Shown here: positions 39,244-49,418 of the stretch, piece after piece
How the letters are laid out: each line of letters starts with the position of its first letter
How positions within the stretch are numbered: position 1 is the stretch's first letter
Assembly (NCBI GenBank): GCA_016234405.1
Contig: JACRCC010000037.1
Span: 1 to 58,718, forward strand
DNA length: 58,718 nucleotides
Direction of reading: 5' to 3'
DNA from: Deltaproteobacteria bacterium
GTDB lineage: Bacteria > Desulfobacterota > GWC2-55-46
The notes under the pieces: model-generated
What the model saw: the letters and a program-made list of their open reading frames with translations, nothing else
Databases searched by the model: none
Told to the model about the DNA's origin: nothing
Made by a program: the position numbers and the translations under genes

Positions 39244-41940
39244 ATGGCTAACAAACACGTTTATTTCTTCGGAGGCGGACGCGCCGAGGGCAAGGGAAAC
39301 ATGAAGGATATCCTCGGCGGCAAAGGCGCCGGGCTTGCCGAGATGACCAACATCGGGCTGCCCGTGCCCGCCGGCTTTACCATAACGACCGAGGTCTGCG
39401 ACTATTTCTACAAAAACTCCAGAAAATACCCCTTAGGGTTCGATAAAGAGGTCTTAAAAGCCCTTGCGAGACTCGAAAAACTCGCGGGCAAAAAGTTCGG
39501 AGACTCGGCCGACCCTCTCCTCATTTCCGTGAGGTCGGGCGCCAGCCGCTCCATGCCGGGCATGATGGATACCATCTTGAACCTCGGCCTGAACGACAAA
39601 TCCGTCGAAGGGCTTGCAAAAAAGACCTCCAACAGGAGATTTGCCCTTGACGCCTACAGGCGCTTCATCACCATGTACGGCGCCACGGCCATGGGCGTGC
39701 CGAGAGTGAAGTTCGACGACGAATTCGACGAGGTCAAAGAAAGCCGCACGCGGGGAAGGCTCGGCCAAAGAGGCGGTATCATCCAAGACACGGACGTAAA
39801 CGAGGCGGAACTCGCGGAACTCATCGGCAGGCTAAAAGACGCATATAAGGCGAATACGAAAAAGGACTTCCCGCAAGACCCCAACGAGCAGCTCTGGGGT
39901 TCCATTGACGCGGTTATCGGCTCGTGGATGGCGGAAAAGGCCGTCACCTACAGAAGGGTCGAAAAGATTTCCGGCCTTCTCGGCACCGCCGTAAACATAG
40001 TCCAGATGGTCTTCGGGAACATGGGCGATCATTCGGGAACCGGGGTATGCTTCACCCGCGACCCGAATTCCGGGAAAAACGCCTTTTACGGGGATATGCT
40101 CATGAACGCTCAAGGCGAAGACGTCGTCGCCGGCATCCGCACCCCTTTGCACCTCTCGTATCTCGAAAAAACGCTACCCGTCATTTACAAACAGCTCTGC
40201 AATGTCCGCGCGGCCCTCGAAAAACATTTCAAAGAAATGCAGGACATAGAGTTCACCATCGAGACCGGAAAACTCTACATCCTCCAGTGCAGGACGGGCA
40301 AACGCTCGCCAATGGCCGCGTTCAGCATAGCGGTCGGCATGGTCAAAGAAAAACTTATAACGAAAAACGACGCCATCCTGCGCATAACGGATAAAGACAT
40401 CGAGGGGCTTTTTTACCCGGTCATTGACCCAAACATCCCAAAGGAAGAACTGAAAAAGGCGCTCTTTGCCACGGGCATTGACGCGGTGCCGGGCGCGGCG
40501 TCAGGCTCGGTGGTTTTTAACGCAAAAGACGCGGAGGCGTGGGCGGGCCAGGGCAAAAACGTCATACTCGTCAGAAAAGAGACGTCCCCGGAAGACGTCG
40601 GGGGCATGCACGCGGCAAAGGGAATACTGACGGCCACGGGCGGCAAGACCTCTCACGCGGCGGTCGTGGCGCGCGGCTGGGGGAAATGCTGCGTGGTGGG
40701 CTGCGAAGACCTTGTAATTGACTACGAGGCAAAGACCATGTCCGTTGGCAAAACCGTCATAAACGAAGGGGACGAATTGACGCTCAACGGCTCCACCGGA
40801 GAGGTCTTCAAAGGCGGGATGCCGCTCATAAAACCGGAACTGCCGGAGGCCTATTATACCCTGATGAAGTGGGCGGACGAGACCCGCGTCCTCAAGGTGC
40901 GAACCAACGTTGACACCCCATATGACGCGGAAAACGCCATACGCCTCGGCGCAGAAGGCATTGGGCTTTGCAGGACCGAGCACATGTTCTTCGACACGGA
41001 CGAGAGGAGGCTGGCCATCCAGAGCATGATAGTCGCCGACAACTTGGAGGCGCGCGAAAAAGCACTTGCGGAGATACTCCCCTTTCAAAGAAAAGACTTC
41101 ACCGGCATATTCAGGGCAATGGACGGCAAACCCGTCACCATACGGCTCATTGACCCGCCGCTCCATGAATTCGTGCCGCATACCGAGAACGACCAGAAGC
41201 ACCTCGCGCAGAGGCTGAACCTGCCCTTCCACGTCGTTAAGAGAAAGATAGACAGGCTCCACGAGGCAAACCCCATGCTCGGTCACAGGGGGTCCCGCCT
41301 TTGCATCACCTACCCTGAGATACTCGACATGCAGGTGCGGGCCATAATCGAGGCCGCGTGCGAATGCAAGGCAAAGGGCATCAAGGTATTGCCTGAGATA
41401 ATGCTCCCGCTCATAATCGCCGTCAAGGAACTCTCCATCCTCGTGGACAGGATACGCAAGGTCGCCGACGAGGTCTTGGCCGCAAACGGCGCGAAGGTGG
41501 ATTATCTCGTGGGCACCATGATAGAGGTCCCAAGGGCCGCGCTCCTCGCGGACGAGCTGGCCCGCGTGGCGGAATTTTTCTCTTTCGGCACCAACGACCT
41601 CACCCAGATGACGCTTGGGATGTCAAGGGACGACGCAGGCAGATTTCTGCCCGAATACGTTGACGAGAAAAAGGCGGGGATATTGAAGTCCGACCCGTTT
41701 CAATCTCTCGACGTGGACGGCGTCGGGCTTCTGATAAAGCTCGGCATCGAAAAAGGCAGACGCACCAGAAAAAATATCAAGATAGGAATCTGCGGGGAAC
41801 ACGGTGGAGACCCGGCTACGGTAAAATTCTGCCACGCGAACGGATTCAACTACGTCTCATGCTCGCCCTTCAGGGTCCCGATAGCGCGCCTCGCCGCGGC
41901 TCAGGCCGCGCTTGCAGAGACGAGGAAGAAGGGGAGATAG
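39244..41940 (+). CDS. ppdK: Pyruvate, phosphate dikinase
   Basis: LGGKGAGLAEM, SVRSGA, GGKTSHAAVV, GLCRTEHM and GICGEHGGDP. Confidence 0.98.
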   Translation: MANKHVYFFGGGRAEGKGNMKDILGGKGAGLAEMTNIGLPVPAGFTITTEVCDYFYKNSRKYPLGFDKEVLKALARLEKLAGKKFGDSADPLLISVRSGASRSMPGMMDTILNLGLNDKSVEGLAKKTSNRRFALDAYRRFITMYGATAMGVPRVKFDDEFDEVKESRTRGRLGQRGGIIQDTDVNEAELAELIGRLKDAYKANTKKDFPQDPNEQLWGSIDAVIGSWMAEKAVTYRRVEKISGLLGTAVNIVQMVFGNMGDHSGTGVCFTRDPNSGKNAFYGDMLMNAQGEDVVAGIRTPLHLSYLEKTLPVIYKQLCNVRAALEKHFKEMQDIEFTIETGKLYILQCRTGKRSPMAAFSIAVGMVKEKLITKNDAILRITDKDIEGLFYPVIDPNIPKEELKKALFATGIDAVPGAASGSVVFNAKDAEAWAGQGKNVILVRKETSPEDVGGMHAAKGILTATGGKTSHAAVVARGWGKCCVVGCEDLVIDYEAKTMSVGKTVINEGDELTLNGSTGEVFKGGMPLIKPELPEAYYTLMKWADETRVLKVRTNVDTPYDAENAIRLGAEGIGLCRTEHMFFDTDERRLAIQSMIVADNLEAREKALAEILPFQRKDFTGIFRAMDGKPVTIRLIDPPLHEFVPHTENDQKHLAQRLNLPFHVVKRKIDRLHEANPMLGHRGSRLCITYPEILDMQVRAIIEAACECKAKGIKVLPEIMLPLIIAVKELSILVDRIRKVADEVLAANGAKVDYLVGTMIEVPRAALLADELARVAEFFSFGTNDLTQMTLGMSRDDAGRFLPEYVDEKKAGILKSDPFQSLDVDGVGLLIKLGIEKGRRTRKNIKIGICGEHGGDPATVKFCHANGFNYVSCSPFRVPIARLAAAQAALAETRKKGR

Positions 41941-41967
41941 AAGATTTTGAATTTCATGTTGAATAAT

Positions 41968-42100
41968 ATGAAGCAATACGAAGCAGTAATAAAAGTGATG
42001 GAAAAAATGGCGGCTTTGCAACGCTTGGTTATCTCAATCAGCAGGTTTTGAAAGCGCCTGGAGTTGAATGGAAAACGCCTTTTGCAAGATTAAGAAATAG
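41968..42100 (+). pseudogene. Degenerate 5' fragment of an HTH-domain gene
   Basis: Across a frameshift it reads MKQYEAVIKVMEK-GGFATLGYLNQQVLKAPGVEWKTPFA. AT-rich. Confidence 0.45.
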
Positions 42101-42192
42101 AATATTTATGGAATAAACAAACGATCAATACAGGATAGGGTGATGCGCCGGACGCTCCGGCGTCCGGCAACACCGGCAAATAAAAGACCCTG

Positions 42193-42335
42193 ATGCCAAG
42201 AAGCCGCTACGTCATAACCGAACCTGACAAGCCGCATTTTCTCACCTACACGGTAATGGAATGGCTGCCGGTCTTTACCCGCCCTCAAACGGTCGACATC
42301 CTCCTTGAAAGCTGGCGTTATCGGCGCAATATTAC
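42193..42335 (+). pseudogene. Truncated REP-associated tyrosine transposase (RAYT, Y1) N-terminus
   Basis: MPRSRYVITEPDKPHFLTYTVMEWLPVFTRPQTVDILLESWRY, with the HUH motif lost. Flanked by GGACGCTCCGGCGTCC hairpins. Confidence 0.7.
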
Positions 42336-42455
42336 CGTGGGAACGCATCAGGGGACGCTCCGGCGTCCCACAAAAAACTACGGCAGTCCTTTGAAACCGC
42401 CTTTCTCCTTGCCTTTCCCTATCCACCCGTAATCTCGATTCTCGATGTCTGACAC

Positions 42456-42492
42456 AAAAACCCCGTTGCGGCTTGAGCCGCAACGGGGTTTT
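42456..42492. terminator. Bidirectional intrinsic terminator
   Basis: AAAAACCCCGTTGCGGC-TTGA-GCCGCAACGGGGTTTT. Confidence 0.8.
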
Positions 42493-42559
42493 ACGCCCTC
42501 TCGGGCTGTCCGGATGGAGATCCGGATTATGGGTTCAGGCCCGTCAACGTCAGGCCCGG

Positions 42560-43021
42560 TCATTTGCCATGCCACTTCTCGATGTGCTCCGCCATCTCCT
42601 TGAGCGCGTTCAAAAACTTTTTCTTCTGGCCGTTGTCGAGGCTCATATGGAAGTCGTTGAAGCTGTCGGCTATGGCGTCCATGCCGTCGCGCTTGCCGCC
42701 GTTTATCTCCTTAACGGTCTTGACAAGGGCGTTAAAGTCAGGCGTTTCTTTCGCGGCCTCGACGTTCAACGCCTTAACGGCCTTGCCCATGGAGTCCTTG
42801 TGGTAGTTTATGTACTCGGCCACTTTTTGCTTCACCGCTTCGAACTTCATCTTCTGGGCGTCCGTAAGCCCGAGTTCGAGCTTCTCTATCTTTGAGTCCA
42901 TCTTCTTCAAGACCCAATCCGCGTCGTGGCGCCTGTGCCACCAGCCCGCGCACCCCGAAACCGACACGGCCATGAAAACAACGGCCAGCGCCGCTAATAA
43001 GACCCTCACTTTTTTCCGCAT
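42560..43021 (-). CDS. Spy/CpxP-like (LTxxQ) helical lipoprotein
   Basis: VSGC lipobox, LGLTDAQK and SLDNGQKKK motifs. Confidence 0.65.
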   Translation of the reverse strand: MRKKVRVLLAALAVVFMAVSVSGCAGWWHRRHDADWVLKKMDSKIEKLELGLTDAQKMKFEAVKQKVAEYINYHKDSMGKAVKALNVEAAKETPDFNALVKTVKEINGGKRDGMDAIADSFNDFHMSLDNGQKKKFLNALKEMAEHIEKWHGK

Positions 43022-43262
43022 AATGCGCCTCCATTTTACAACCTGCCGTTAAAATATCGCCCCTTGCGGCAAACGGAGATTAGTTCAACGCCTGCCCTTA
43101 CTTTTAAGTATATCAGAAAAACGGCGTTTTTTAGCGCATTTGGCTGATTAGGCGCATATATGGCCGCCCCCTACATATTGTGCCTACTCAGTTATTTTTA
43201 TACCTTCTATGGTATTTTTCCCTTTACAAAGATAATAAACTCTGCTACGATTACGCCGAAAT

Positions 43263-46200
43263 ATGAAAATCAAAAAACTCATTGTCCACGGATTCAAATC
43301 CTTCGTAGACAGGACTACCCTTAATTTCCCGGCAGGCACGTCCGGCGTCATCGGCCCTAACGGGTGCGGTAAGAGCAACATCGTTGACGCCATCAGATGG
43401 GTCCTCGGAGAGCAGAACGCCCGGCACCTTCGCGGCAAGCTGATGGAGGACGTGATATTCAACGGGAGCGACGCGAGAAAGCCCCTGGGCATGGCCGAGG
43501 TGGTTCTCACCTTCTCCAACGATCAGGGGCAGGCCCCGGCAAGCTTCGCCAACTTCACCGAAATCGAGGTAGCGCGCCGCCTTTACAGATCGGGCGAGAG
43601 CGAATACTACATCAACAAGGTCCCGAGCAGGCTGCGTGACATCGTAGACCTCTTTGCGGATACGGGCATCGGCACGCGCGCGTATTCCATCATCGAGCAG
43701 GGGCAGGTCGGCTGGCTCATAAACGCAAAACCCGAGGAGAGGCGCGCCATCTTTGAAGAGGCCGCCGGCATAAGCAAGTTCAAACACAAAAAAGAAGCTG
43801 CGCTGCGCAGGCTCGAGGCCGCAAAGGAAAACCTCACAAGGGTCAACGACATCATAAGCGAGGTAAAGCGCCAGCTCAACTCCCTTAACCGTCAGGCCAA
43901 AAAGGCCGAGAGATACAAGGCCTTGAAGGAAGAACTCACTGCCGCGGATCTAAAGCTCGCCGCAATGGAATACCGCCGCCTTGCCGCGGAAATATCCGAG
44001 ACAACCAAAAAACTAAACGCCATAAAAGACAATGAAGCGGCGCTTGGGGCCGAGTTAAGCGCAAAAGACGCGATGACCGAGGATGTCCGCTCAAAGCGCT
44101 CGGCCCTTGAAGCGCAATACCGTTCAATAAAGGATGCCATCTACGAACTCGAAAAAGAAATACAAAACGCCGAGCGCGCCAATGAACTTGCGCGCCTTCG
44201 CATATCCGAGATAAAGAGAACCGAAGAGCGGGTATCACGGGATATCGAGGAACTCGACTGCGCGAGGCAAAACGCGCTCATTGAACAAGAGGCCCTCCAA
44301 AAAGCATTAACTGAAATAGCCGCGCTGATTGCCAGGGATGCCGCGAGGCTCACTGAAGTAAGCGCGCGGCTCGAAGCGCTCACCAACGCGCATAAGGCCA
44401 AAGAAGAAGAGAGAAGAACAAAGGCTGCAGACATACTTAAAAATGCCTCGCGCATCAGTGAGATTCGCCACGCAATACAGGCGCAGATAAAGGACGAAGA
44501 ATACTCCCGCATAAAAGAGACAAAGGCCATAACCGAGCTTGACGCGCTCTCAAGGACCGTCGCGTCGAAGGAAGAGCCTCTATCAAGACTCAAACAAGAA
44601 CTCGCGTCCACCCTTTCGAGAAAAGAGAATATCGAGGCCGAGGTCGCCGGACTGCGCGGAAGTCTTGACGGCCTTGAAAAGACCGTTGCCGGAGGCGAGA
44701 GGGCGTTAAACGCGCTCAAGGACGATTTTTCCAAGTCCCAAGCGCGGCTCACTACGCTTGAGGAAATGGAAAAGAACTTCGAGAGCCTCGCCTCCGGACC
44801 CAAGGCCATGATGCAAAACGCCCCGCCCCCGGACGGTTTCCGCCTTATGGGTCTGCTTGCCGACGCCATAGAAACCAACCGGGGCTTTGAAAAGGCGGTG
44901 GAGGCGGCGTTGGGCGACAAGCTGCAATACATACTCGTCGAGAGCCACAACGAGGGCATGGAGGCGATCGAATACTTAAAACTCACGGGGGCCGGCCGTG
45001 TGAGCTTCGCCCCGGTCAGGGAAACCCGCCAGCTCTCGGCCCCTGTCACGGTGCCCGCGGGCATCGGGTTTGACGGCGCAAAGGAACTTATAACCGAGGT
45101 AAGGGTAAGAGACGAATTCAGAAACGTCGTAAATTCACTTTTGGGCGACGTGCTCGTGGCTGAAGACCTCTCCGGCGCAATCGCCCTTTGGAGGCAATGG
45201 GGCGCAAACGGCGTCTATAAGACCGTTGTCACGCCGGACGGTGACGTAATCGCCGCAAACGGCATAATCACGGGCGGCTGGGGCGCCGGAGAGGGTCTCC
45301 TTCAGAAAAAGACCGAGATAAAAAACATCCGCGCCTCATGCGCGGGCATCGAGGGCCGGACGCTTTCGGCGGAGGCTGAGTTGAATTCATCCCGCCAATC
45401 TTTGGCGGCCGCAAAGTCGCTCCTTGAAGAAAAAAAAGAGCGGCTCCACGCCGCAGAAATAGAAAGCCTCAACATAGATGCCGGCTTAAAGACCCTCACG
45501 GACGAGGCGTTGAGGCTGACGAATCTCAAGACGTCGGCGCAGACTGAGATACGGGATGCAGCGGCCAGGATCGCCGAGTGTCATTCCAAAAAGGCTTCGC
45601 TCTCGGTTGAGCGGGACGCGCTTGAGAAAGAAGTAACGCTGCTTGAAGACGGCATGAACGCCGTCACCAAGGCAATCTCCGTCATTGACAATCAGAAGGA
45701 CGCGCTCTTGGCAACTGTAACCGAAATAAAGGTGGCGTTGGCCTCTTCAGGCATAAGCGAAGGCGCGATAAAAAGGCAGATATCCGAAAAGACCGCGTTT
45801 ATGGAGGAATCTACCGTAAAGACCGCCGTTAAAAAGGCCGAGATGGAAGCCGGCCTCGATGAATCCGCCGCAAAGGCAATCGAGGCCGCGGAAAATAAGA
45901 CCCGCGCCGAGGAACTGCTGCATCAAGTCGAGGCGATAAAGATAGACGAAATCAAGTTGTCGGAGACGCTCGCCCTCATATCAACGGATATGGCCGGAAT
46001 GGAAAACTCCGCGAAGGAACTCAAGGCACGACACTCGGAGATGCAGGAATTGAAGGGCGAGCTTTCCATCGAGCTTAAAGAAAACGAACTCAGCATCGCA
46101 AACCTGAAAGACAGGATTACCGAAAAATACGGCCGCGACATCGCGCAATACAGCGCGGAGGCGGATGGCGCAGGGCAAGAAGTCCGGTTTGCCGAAGGCG

Positions 46201-46868
46201 CGGAACATCACAACGTCGAGCTTGACATTGAAACCGTCGAGTCTCAGACAAGGGAGCTGCGCGAAAAGATTATCGCCCTCGGCGAGGTGAGCCTCTCGGC
46301 TCTCGAAGAGTACAACGACCTCGACAAGAGACATCAGTTCCTCGTTGACCAGCAGACCGACCTTAATAAATCCGTCGAGAGCCTCATGAACGCCATCACG
46401 AGGATAAACAGGACTTCCCGCGAAAAATTCATGATTGCATTCGATGAGATAAACGCCAAGTTCAAGGATACGTTCCCGCGCTTTTTCAGGGGCGGTAAGG
46501 CCGAGGTGAGGCTCGCCGAGGAAGTTGACGTGCTCGATGCGGGCATAGAAATTGTCGCGCAGCCTCCGGGCAAAAAACTCCAGAACATAACGCTTCTGTC
46601 GGGCGGAGAAAAGGCCTTGACCGCAACCGCCCTCATATTCGCCATCTTCCTCACGAAACCGTCCCCGTTTTGCATCCTCGACGAGGTGGACGCCCCGCTT
46701 GACGACGCCAACATAGACAGGTTCAACATGTTCGTGAAAGACATGTCGCAGCTCAGCCAATTCATCCTCATAACCCACAACAAAAAGACGATGGAGATGA
46801 CCGACTCGCTCTACGGCGTTACGATGGAAGAGCCGGGCGTCTCGAAGATGCTGAGCGTAAGTTTTTAA
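43263..46868 (+). CDS. smc: Chromosome segregation protein SMC
   Basis: GFKSF, GPNGCGKSN, coiled coils with hinge, LSGGEK and LDEVDAPLD. Confidence 0.98.
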   Translation: MKIKKLIVHGFKSFVDRTTLNFPAGTSGVIGPNGCGKSNIVDAIRWVLGEQNARHLRGKLMEDVIFNGSDARKPLGMAEVVLTFSNDQGQAPASFANFTEIEVARRLYRSGESEYYINKVPSRLRDIVDLFADTGIGTRAYSIIEQGQVGWLINAKPEERRAIFEEAAGISKFKHKKEAALRRLEAAKENLTRVNDIISEVKRQLNSLNRQAKKAERYKALKEELTAADLKLAAMEYRRLAAEISETTKKLNAIKDNEAALGAELSAKDAMTEDVRSKRSALEAQYRSIKDAIYELEKEIQNAERANELARLRISEIKRTEERVSRDIEELDCARQNALIEQEALQKALTEIAALIARDAARLTEVSARLEALTNAHKAKEEERRTKAADILKNASRISEIRHAIQAQIKDEEYSRIKETKAITELDALSRTVASKEEPLSRLKQELASTLSRKENIEAEVAGLRGSLDGLEKTVAGGERALNALKDDFSKSQARLTTLEEMEKNFESLASGPKAMMQNAPPPDGFRLMGLLADAIETNRGFEKAVEAALGDKLQYILVESHNEGMEAIEYLKLTGAGRVSFAPVRETRQLSAPVTVPAGIGFDGAKELITEVRVRDEFRNVVNSLLGDVLVAEDLSGAIALWRQWGANGVYKTVVTPDGDVIAANGIITGGWGAGEGLLQKKTEIKNIRASCAGIEGRTLSAEAELNSSRQSLAAAKSLLEEKKERLHAAEIESLNIDAGLKTLTDEALRLTNLKTSAQTEIRDAAARIAECHSKKASLSVERDALEKEVTLLEDGMNAVTKAISVIDNQKDALLATVTEIKVALASSGISEGAIKRQISEKTAFMEESTVKTAVKKAEMEAGLDESAAKAIEAAENKTRAEELLHQVEAIKIDEIKLSETLALISTDMAGMENSAKELKARHSEMQELKGELSIELKENELSIANLKDRITEKYGRDIAQYSAEADGAGQEVRFAEGAEHHNVELDIETVESQTRELREKIIALGEVSLSALEEYNDLDKRHQFLVDQQTDLNKSVESLMNAITRINRTSREKFMIAFDEINAKFKDTFPRFFRGGKAEVRLAEEVDVLDAGIEIVAQPPGKKLQNITLLSGGEKALTATALIFAIFLTKPSPFCILDEVDAPLDDANIDRFNMFVKDMSQLSQFILITHNKKTMEMTDSLYGVTMEEPGVSKMLSVSF

Positions 46869-46937
46869 CCCTTCAAACCTAAGCCGCCGATGTGGTAATA
46901 TTAACCGGGCGGCTGTCGTTTTGTCTTGTATCCGCCC

Positions 46938-47306
46938 ATGGCAAATATGCCCTTTACCTCGATATTAAAAAACCTTGCCGAAAGGTCCGGCGCAACCGGC
47001 GCGGTGATGCTCGACTGGGAGGGCGAGATAGTGGCCTCCTACGCGGGCGTGGAGAGGTTGGAGCTTGACCTCATCGGCGCGCATCACGGGATAATCCTCG
47101 ACATCATAAAAGACGCGGTCAACAAAGAAAAAGACTCCGGCGGCGTAAAGACGGTCTTCATCACGACGGATGCAAACCGGCTGGCCATAACGTCTCTCAA
47201 GGAAGGCTATTACATCGTCCTTACGATACCCAAGACCGGCCTCGGCGTCCGCGCCGTATATGAATCCAATAAGGCGGTGGCGCGGATAGAAGAGGAGATG
47301 GGGTAA
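46938..47306 (+). CDS. Roadblock/LC7 (MglB-like) domain protein
   Basis: FTSILKNLAERSGATGAVMLDWEGEIVASY pattern, about 120 aa. Confidence 0.7.
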   Translation: MANMPFTSILKNLAERSGATGAVMLDWEGEIVASYAGVERLELDLIGAHHGIILDIIKDAVNKEKDSGGVKTVFITTDANRLAITSLKEGYYIVLTIPKTGLGVRAVYESNKAVARIEEEMG

Positions 47307-47346
47307 AAAACGCCCGGCGCCTTTCGCCATAACCGTTGTATTCGTT

Positions 47347-47435
47347 CTCGTTACCAAGCAGAGCTTGGTAACGCAATTATCGGGAAGCTATGGCTTCCCG
47401 CGCAAATCCGTTCCCAAACTCAGCTTGGGAACGAG
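47347..47435. repeat. REP-like triple-hairpin element
   Basis: CGTTACCAAGC/GCTTGGTAACG, CGGGAAGC/GCTTCCCG and CGTTCCCAA/TTGGGAACG. 36 bp are identical to 48319-48354. Confidence 0.75.
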
Positions 47436-47541
47436 GAAAAATCAATGTAAGCTCTTTTACTGGAGGAGTCATGGTCAAAGTCGCCGGTTCAATAACGAAG
47501 TGCAACACTTGAGAGGGGAGAAGGAGAATCCGTTTTTTTCT

Positions 47542-47836
47542 CTATGGATGCGGAGTTATTGCAATAACCGTTATCTGTTTTTGACCGGAACCGTAGTACC
47601 AAAAGATTCGGTATGCCGCTGATGTGGATTGTTCAGCATAAGCTTCAAAAACCTTTTCCCCCTTTCGGGCCTTTAAGAGTTGTAAACTCGTGAGTTTGCA
47701 AACTTGGGTGTCTTGGATTTGTAGAAAGATAGCTGAGGGTTTTCTTGACCGCTTTATATCTTTTAGAAAGTCCTTTGTCGGCCTTAATCCTGTTTAACTG
47801 CTCTTTGGCTTCATCAGTGAGATAGATATCAAACAA
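47542..47836 (-). pseudogene. RelE/ParE-like toxin, frameshifted at a G5 run
   Basis: NPRHPSLQTHEF...KG. Removing one G at 47658-47662 continues EKVFEAYAEQSTSAAYRIFWYYG...ITPHP*. Confidence 0.75.
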
Positions 47837-47847
47837 TGAAGATTCTC

Positions 47848-48096
47848 CTACAGTTTGTCAATGTTGAACTTTGATACCTTGCCTTTGGCGGCATCTTTAA
47901 GCCCTCTGCGGACGCTCTCAAGGGCTTCATTGTTTTTATAAAGCCAGATCTCTGAGGCGGGGATAATATCTATCAATGCCTTTAGCCGGATGAAATCCTC
48001 AATCTCAATAACCGCAGCCACCTTATGACCCTTAGTATCGGTTATATATTGCTTAACTTTGATTCGGTTTTCCTTACGTTTCATCGCCGTGGCCAT
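47848..48096 (-). CDS. Putative antitoxin
   Basis: QYITDTKGHKVAAVI...IPASEIWLYKNNEALESVRRGLKDA. Lies upstream of the RelE-like gene; GGAGGGAAGG SD. Confidence 0.65.
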   Translation of the reverse strand: MATAMKRKENRIKVKQYITDTKGHKVAAVIEIEDFIRLKALIDIIPASEIWLYKNNEALESVRRGLKDAAKGKVSKFNIDKL

Positions 48097-48121
48097 ACCT
48101 TCCCTCCCTTTTGTTCTTTAT

Positions 48122-48147
48122 CGTTCCCACGCTCCTGCGTGGGAACG
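48122..48147. repeat. REP-like hairpin
   Basis: CGTTCCCACGC-TCCT-GCGTGGGAACG. Confidence 0.7.
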
Positions 48148-48220
48148 CCATTATATCAAGTTGCCGCATTTTGTAAAATTTTTTTTGGGAAAAATAAACT
48201 GAATAAATTCATAGCACATC

Positions 48221-48354
48221 CTCGTTACCAAGCTCTTCCGAGCGGAGTGAAGCCCTTAGCCCTGAGCGGCGCTGCAAGCATAATGTCAGCGCACAAGCGG
48301 CGAACGGGGAAGAATCTTTAACGCAATTATCGGGAAGCTATGGCTTCCCGCGCA
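48221..48354. repeat. Second copy of the 47347 element, interrupted by an ~80-bp insert
   Basis: CTCGTTACCAAGC [insert] TAACGCAATTATCGGGAAGCTATGGCTTCCCGCGCA. Confidence 0.7.
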
Positions 48355-48364
48355 TAATCCCCCC

Positions 48365-48434
48365 TAACGGCCGTGACCGTTGACCGTAAAGGGATCGTTT
48401 TTTACACGGTCACGGTTCACGGTCACGGCCGCTA
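48365..48434. repeat. Heptamer palindromic element (TAACGGCCGTGA family)
   Basis: TAACGGCCGTGACCGT ... ACGGTCACGGCCGCTA. Confidence 0.75.
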
Positions 48435-48436
48435 AA

Positions 48437-49399
48437 TCAAAACTCCATCACTGTCTCGAACGCTTTTTTTATGCGTTCGATTGACGGCTTGTAATCGTCC
48501 TCGAGCCTTGCCATAGGCACTACCGCCTCAGGCCCGGCCACGCGCATTATCGGGGCGCTTAAATATCCAAAACACTCCTCGGCAACGAAGGCCGAAATCT
48601 CCGCTCCCAAGCCGCCCATGCGGGTTGCCTCATGCACAATCACGAGTCTGCCGGTTTTTTTGACGGAATTCATTATGGTCTCTTCGTCATAAGGTTTTAA
48701 CGTGAGGAGATCTATTATCTCGCAGTCAAACCCTACGGCGGCCTCGGCCACCGTCTCGACCATCGCGCCCCACGCGACTACCGTGATGTCTTTGCCTTCT
48801 TGGCGCACCTCGGCATGGCCGAGCGGGAGCGTGTATTCGGCATCCGGGACTTCCGTCTTGATTGCTCGATAGAGCCTCGAGGGTTCAAGAAAGATAACCG
48901 GGTCGGGGTCCCGAATGGCGGATTTTAAAAGCCCCTTTGCGTTATACGGGGATGACGGCGCAACGACCTTTATTCCGGGCATGTGGCAGAAAAACGCCTC
49001 CGACGATTCCGAGTGCAGCTCCGGCGCTTTTATGCCGATGCCGTACGGAGTCCTTATCACGATAGGGCATGTAAATCTTCCCCTGGTCCGCGAGCGTATC
49101 CTCGCGGCGTGCGAAAAGACCTGCTCAAAGGCCGCGTATATGAAGCCCATGAATTGTATCTCCGCGACCGGTTTAAGGCCGTAAGCGGCCATGCCTATCG
49201 CCGCGCCGACTATGCCAAGCTCCGCAAGCGGGGTGTCCATCACCCTATCGGAGCCGAATTTGTCAAATAGTCCCTCGGTTATCCGAAAAACCCCTCCGTC
49301 AGCGCCAACGTCTTCGCCGAGTATGACAACGCCCTTGTCGCGGGCCATCTCCTCGGACAGGGCGGCGTTTATCGCCTGCACCATGTTTTTCTTTCCCAC
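48437..49399 (-). CDS. pdhB: Pyruvate/2-oxoacid dehydrogenase E1 beta
   Basis: GEDVGADGGVFR, DTPLAE, EIQF, ELHSES and DPDPVIFLEP. Confidence 0.9.
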   Translation of the reverse strand: MGKKNMVQAINAALSEEMARDKGVVILGEDVGADGGVFRITEGLFDKFGSDRVMDTPLAELGIVGAAIGMAAYGLKPVAEIQFMGFIYAAFEQVFSHAARIRSRTRGRFTCPIVIRTPYGIGIKAPELHSESSEAFFCHMPGIKVVAPSSPYNAKGLLKSAIRDPDPVIFLEPSRLYRAIKTEVPDAEYTLPLGHAEVRQEGKDITVVAWGAMVETVAEAAVGFDCEIIDLLTLKPYDEETIMNSVKKTGRLVIVHEATRMGGLGAEISAFVAEECFGYLSAPIMRVAGPEAVVPMARLEDDYKPSIERIKKAFETVMEF

Positions 49400-49418
49400 T
49401 CGAACTCCTCTAAATCTT

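Noticed and set aside
47471-47512. 13-codon ORF MVKVAGSITKCNT with a GGAGG SD
   Set aside because: Too short to support, with no promoter or homology recognised.
47523-47848. 8-bp inverted repeat GGAGAATC/GATTCTCC around the toxin gene, considered as invertible ends
   Set aside because: Too short, one copy doubles as the SD region, and no recombinase is nearby.
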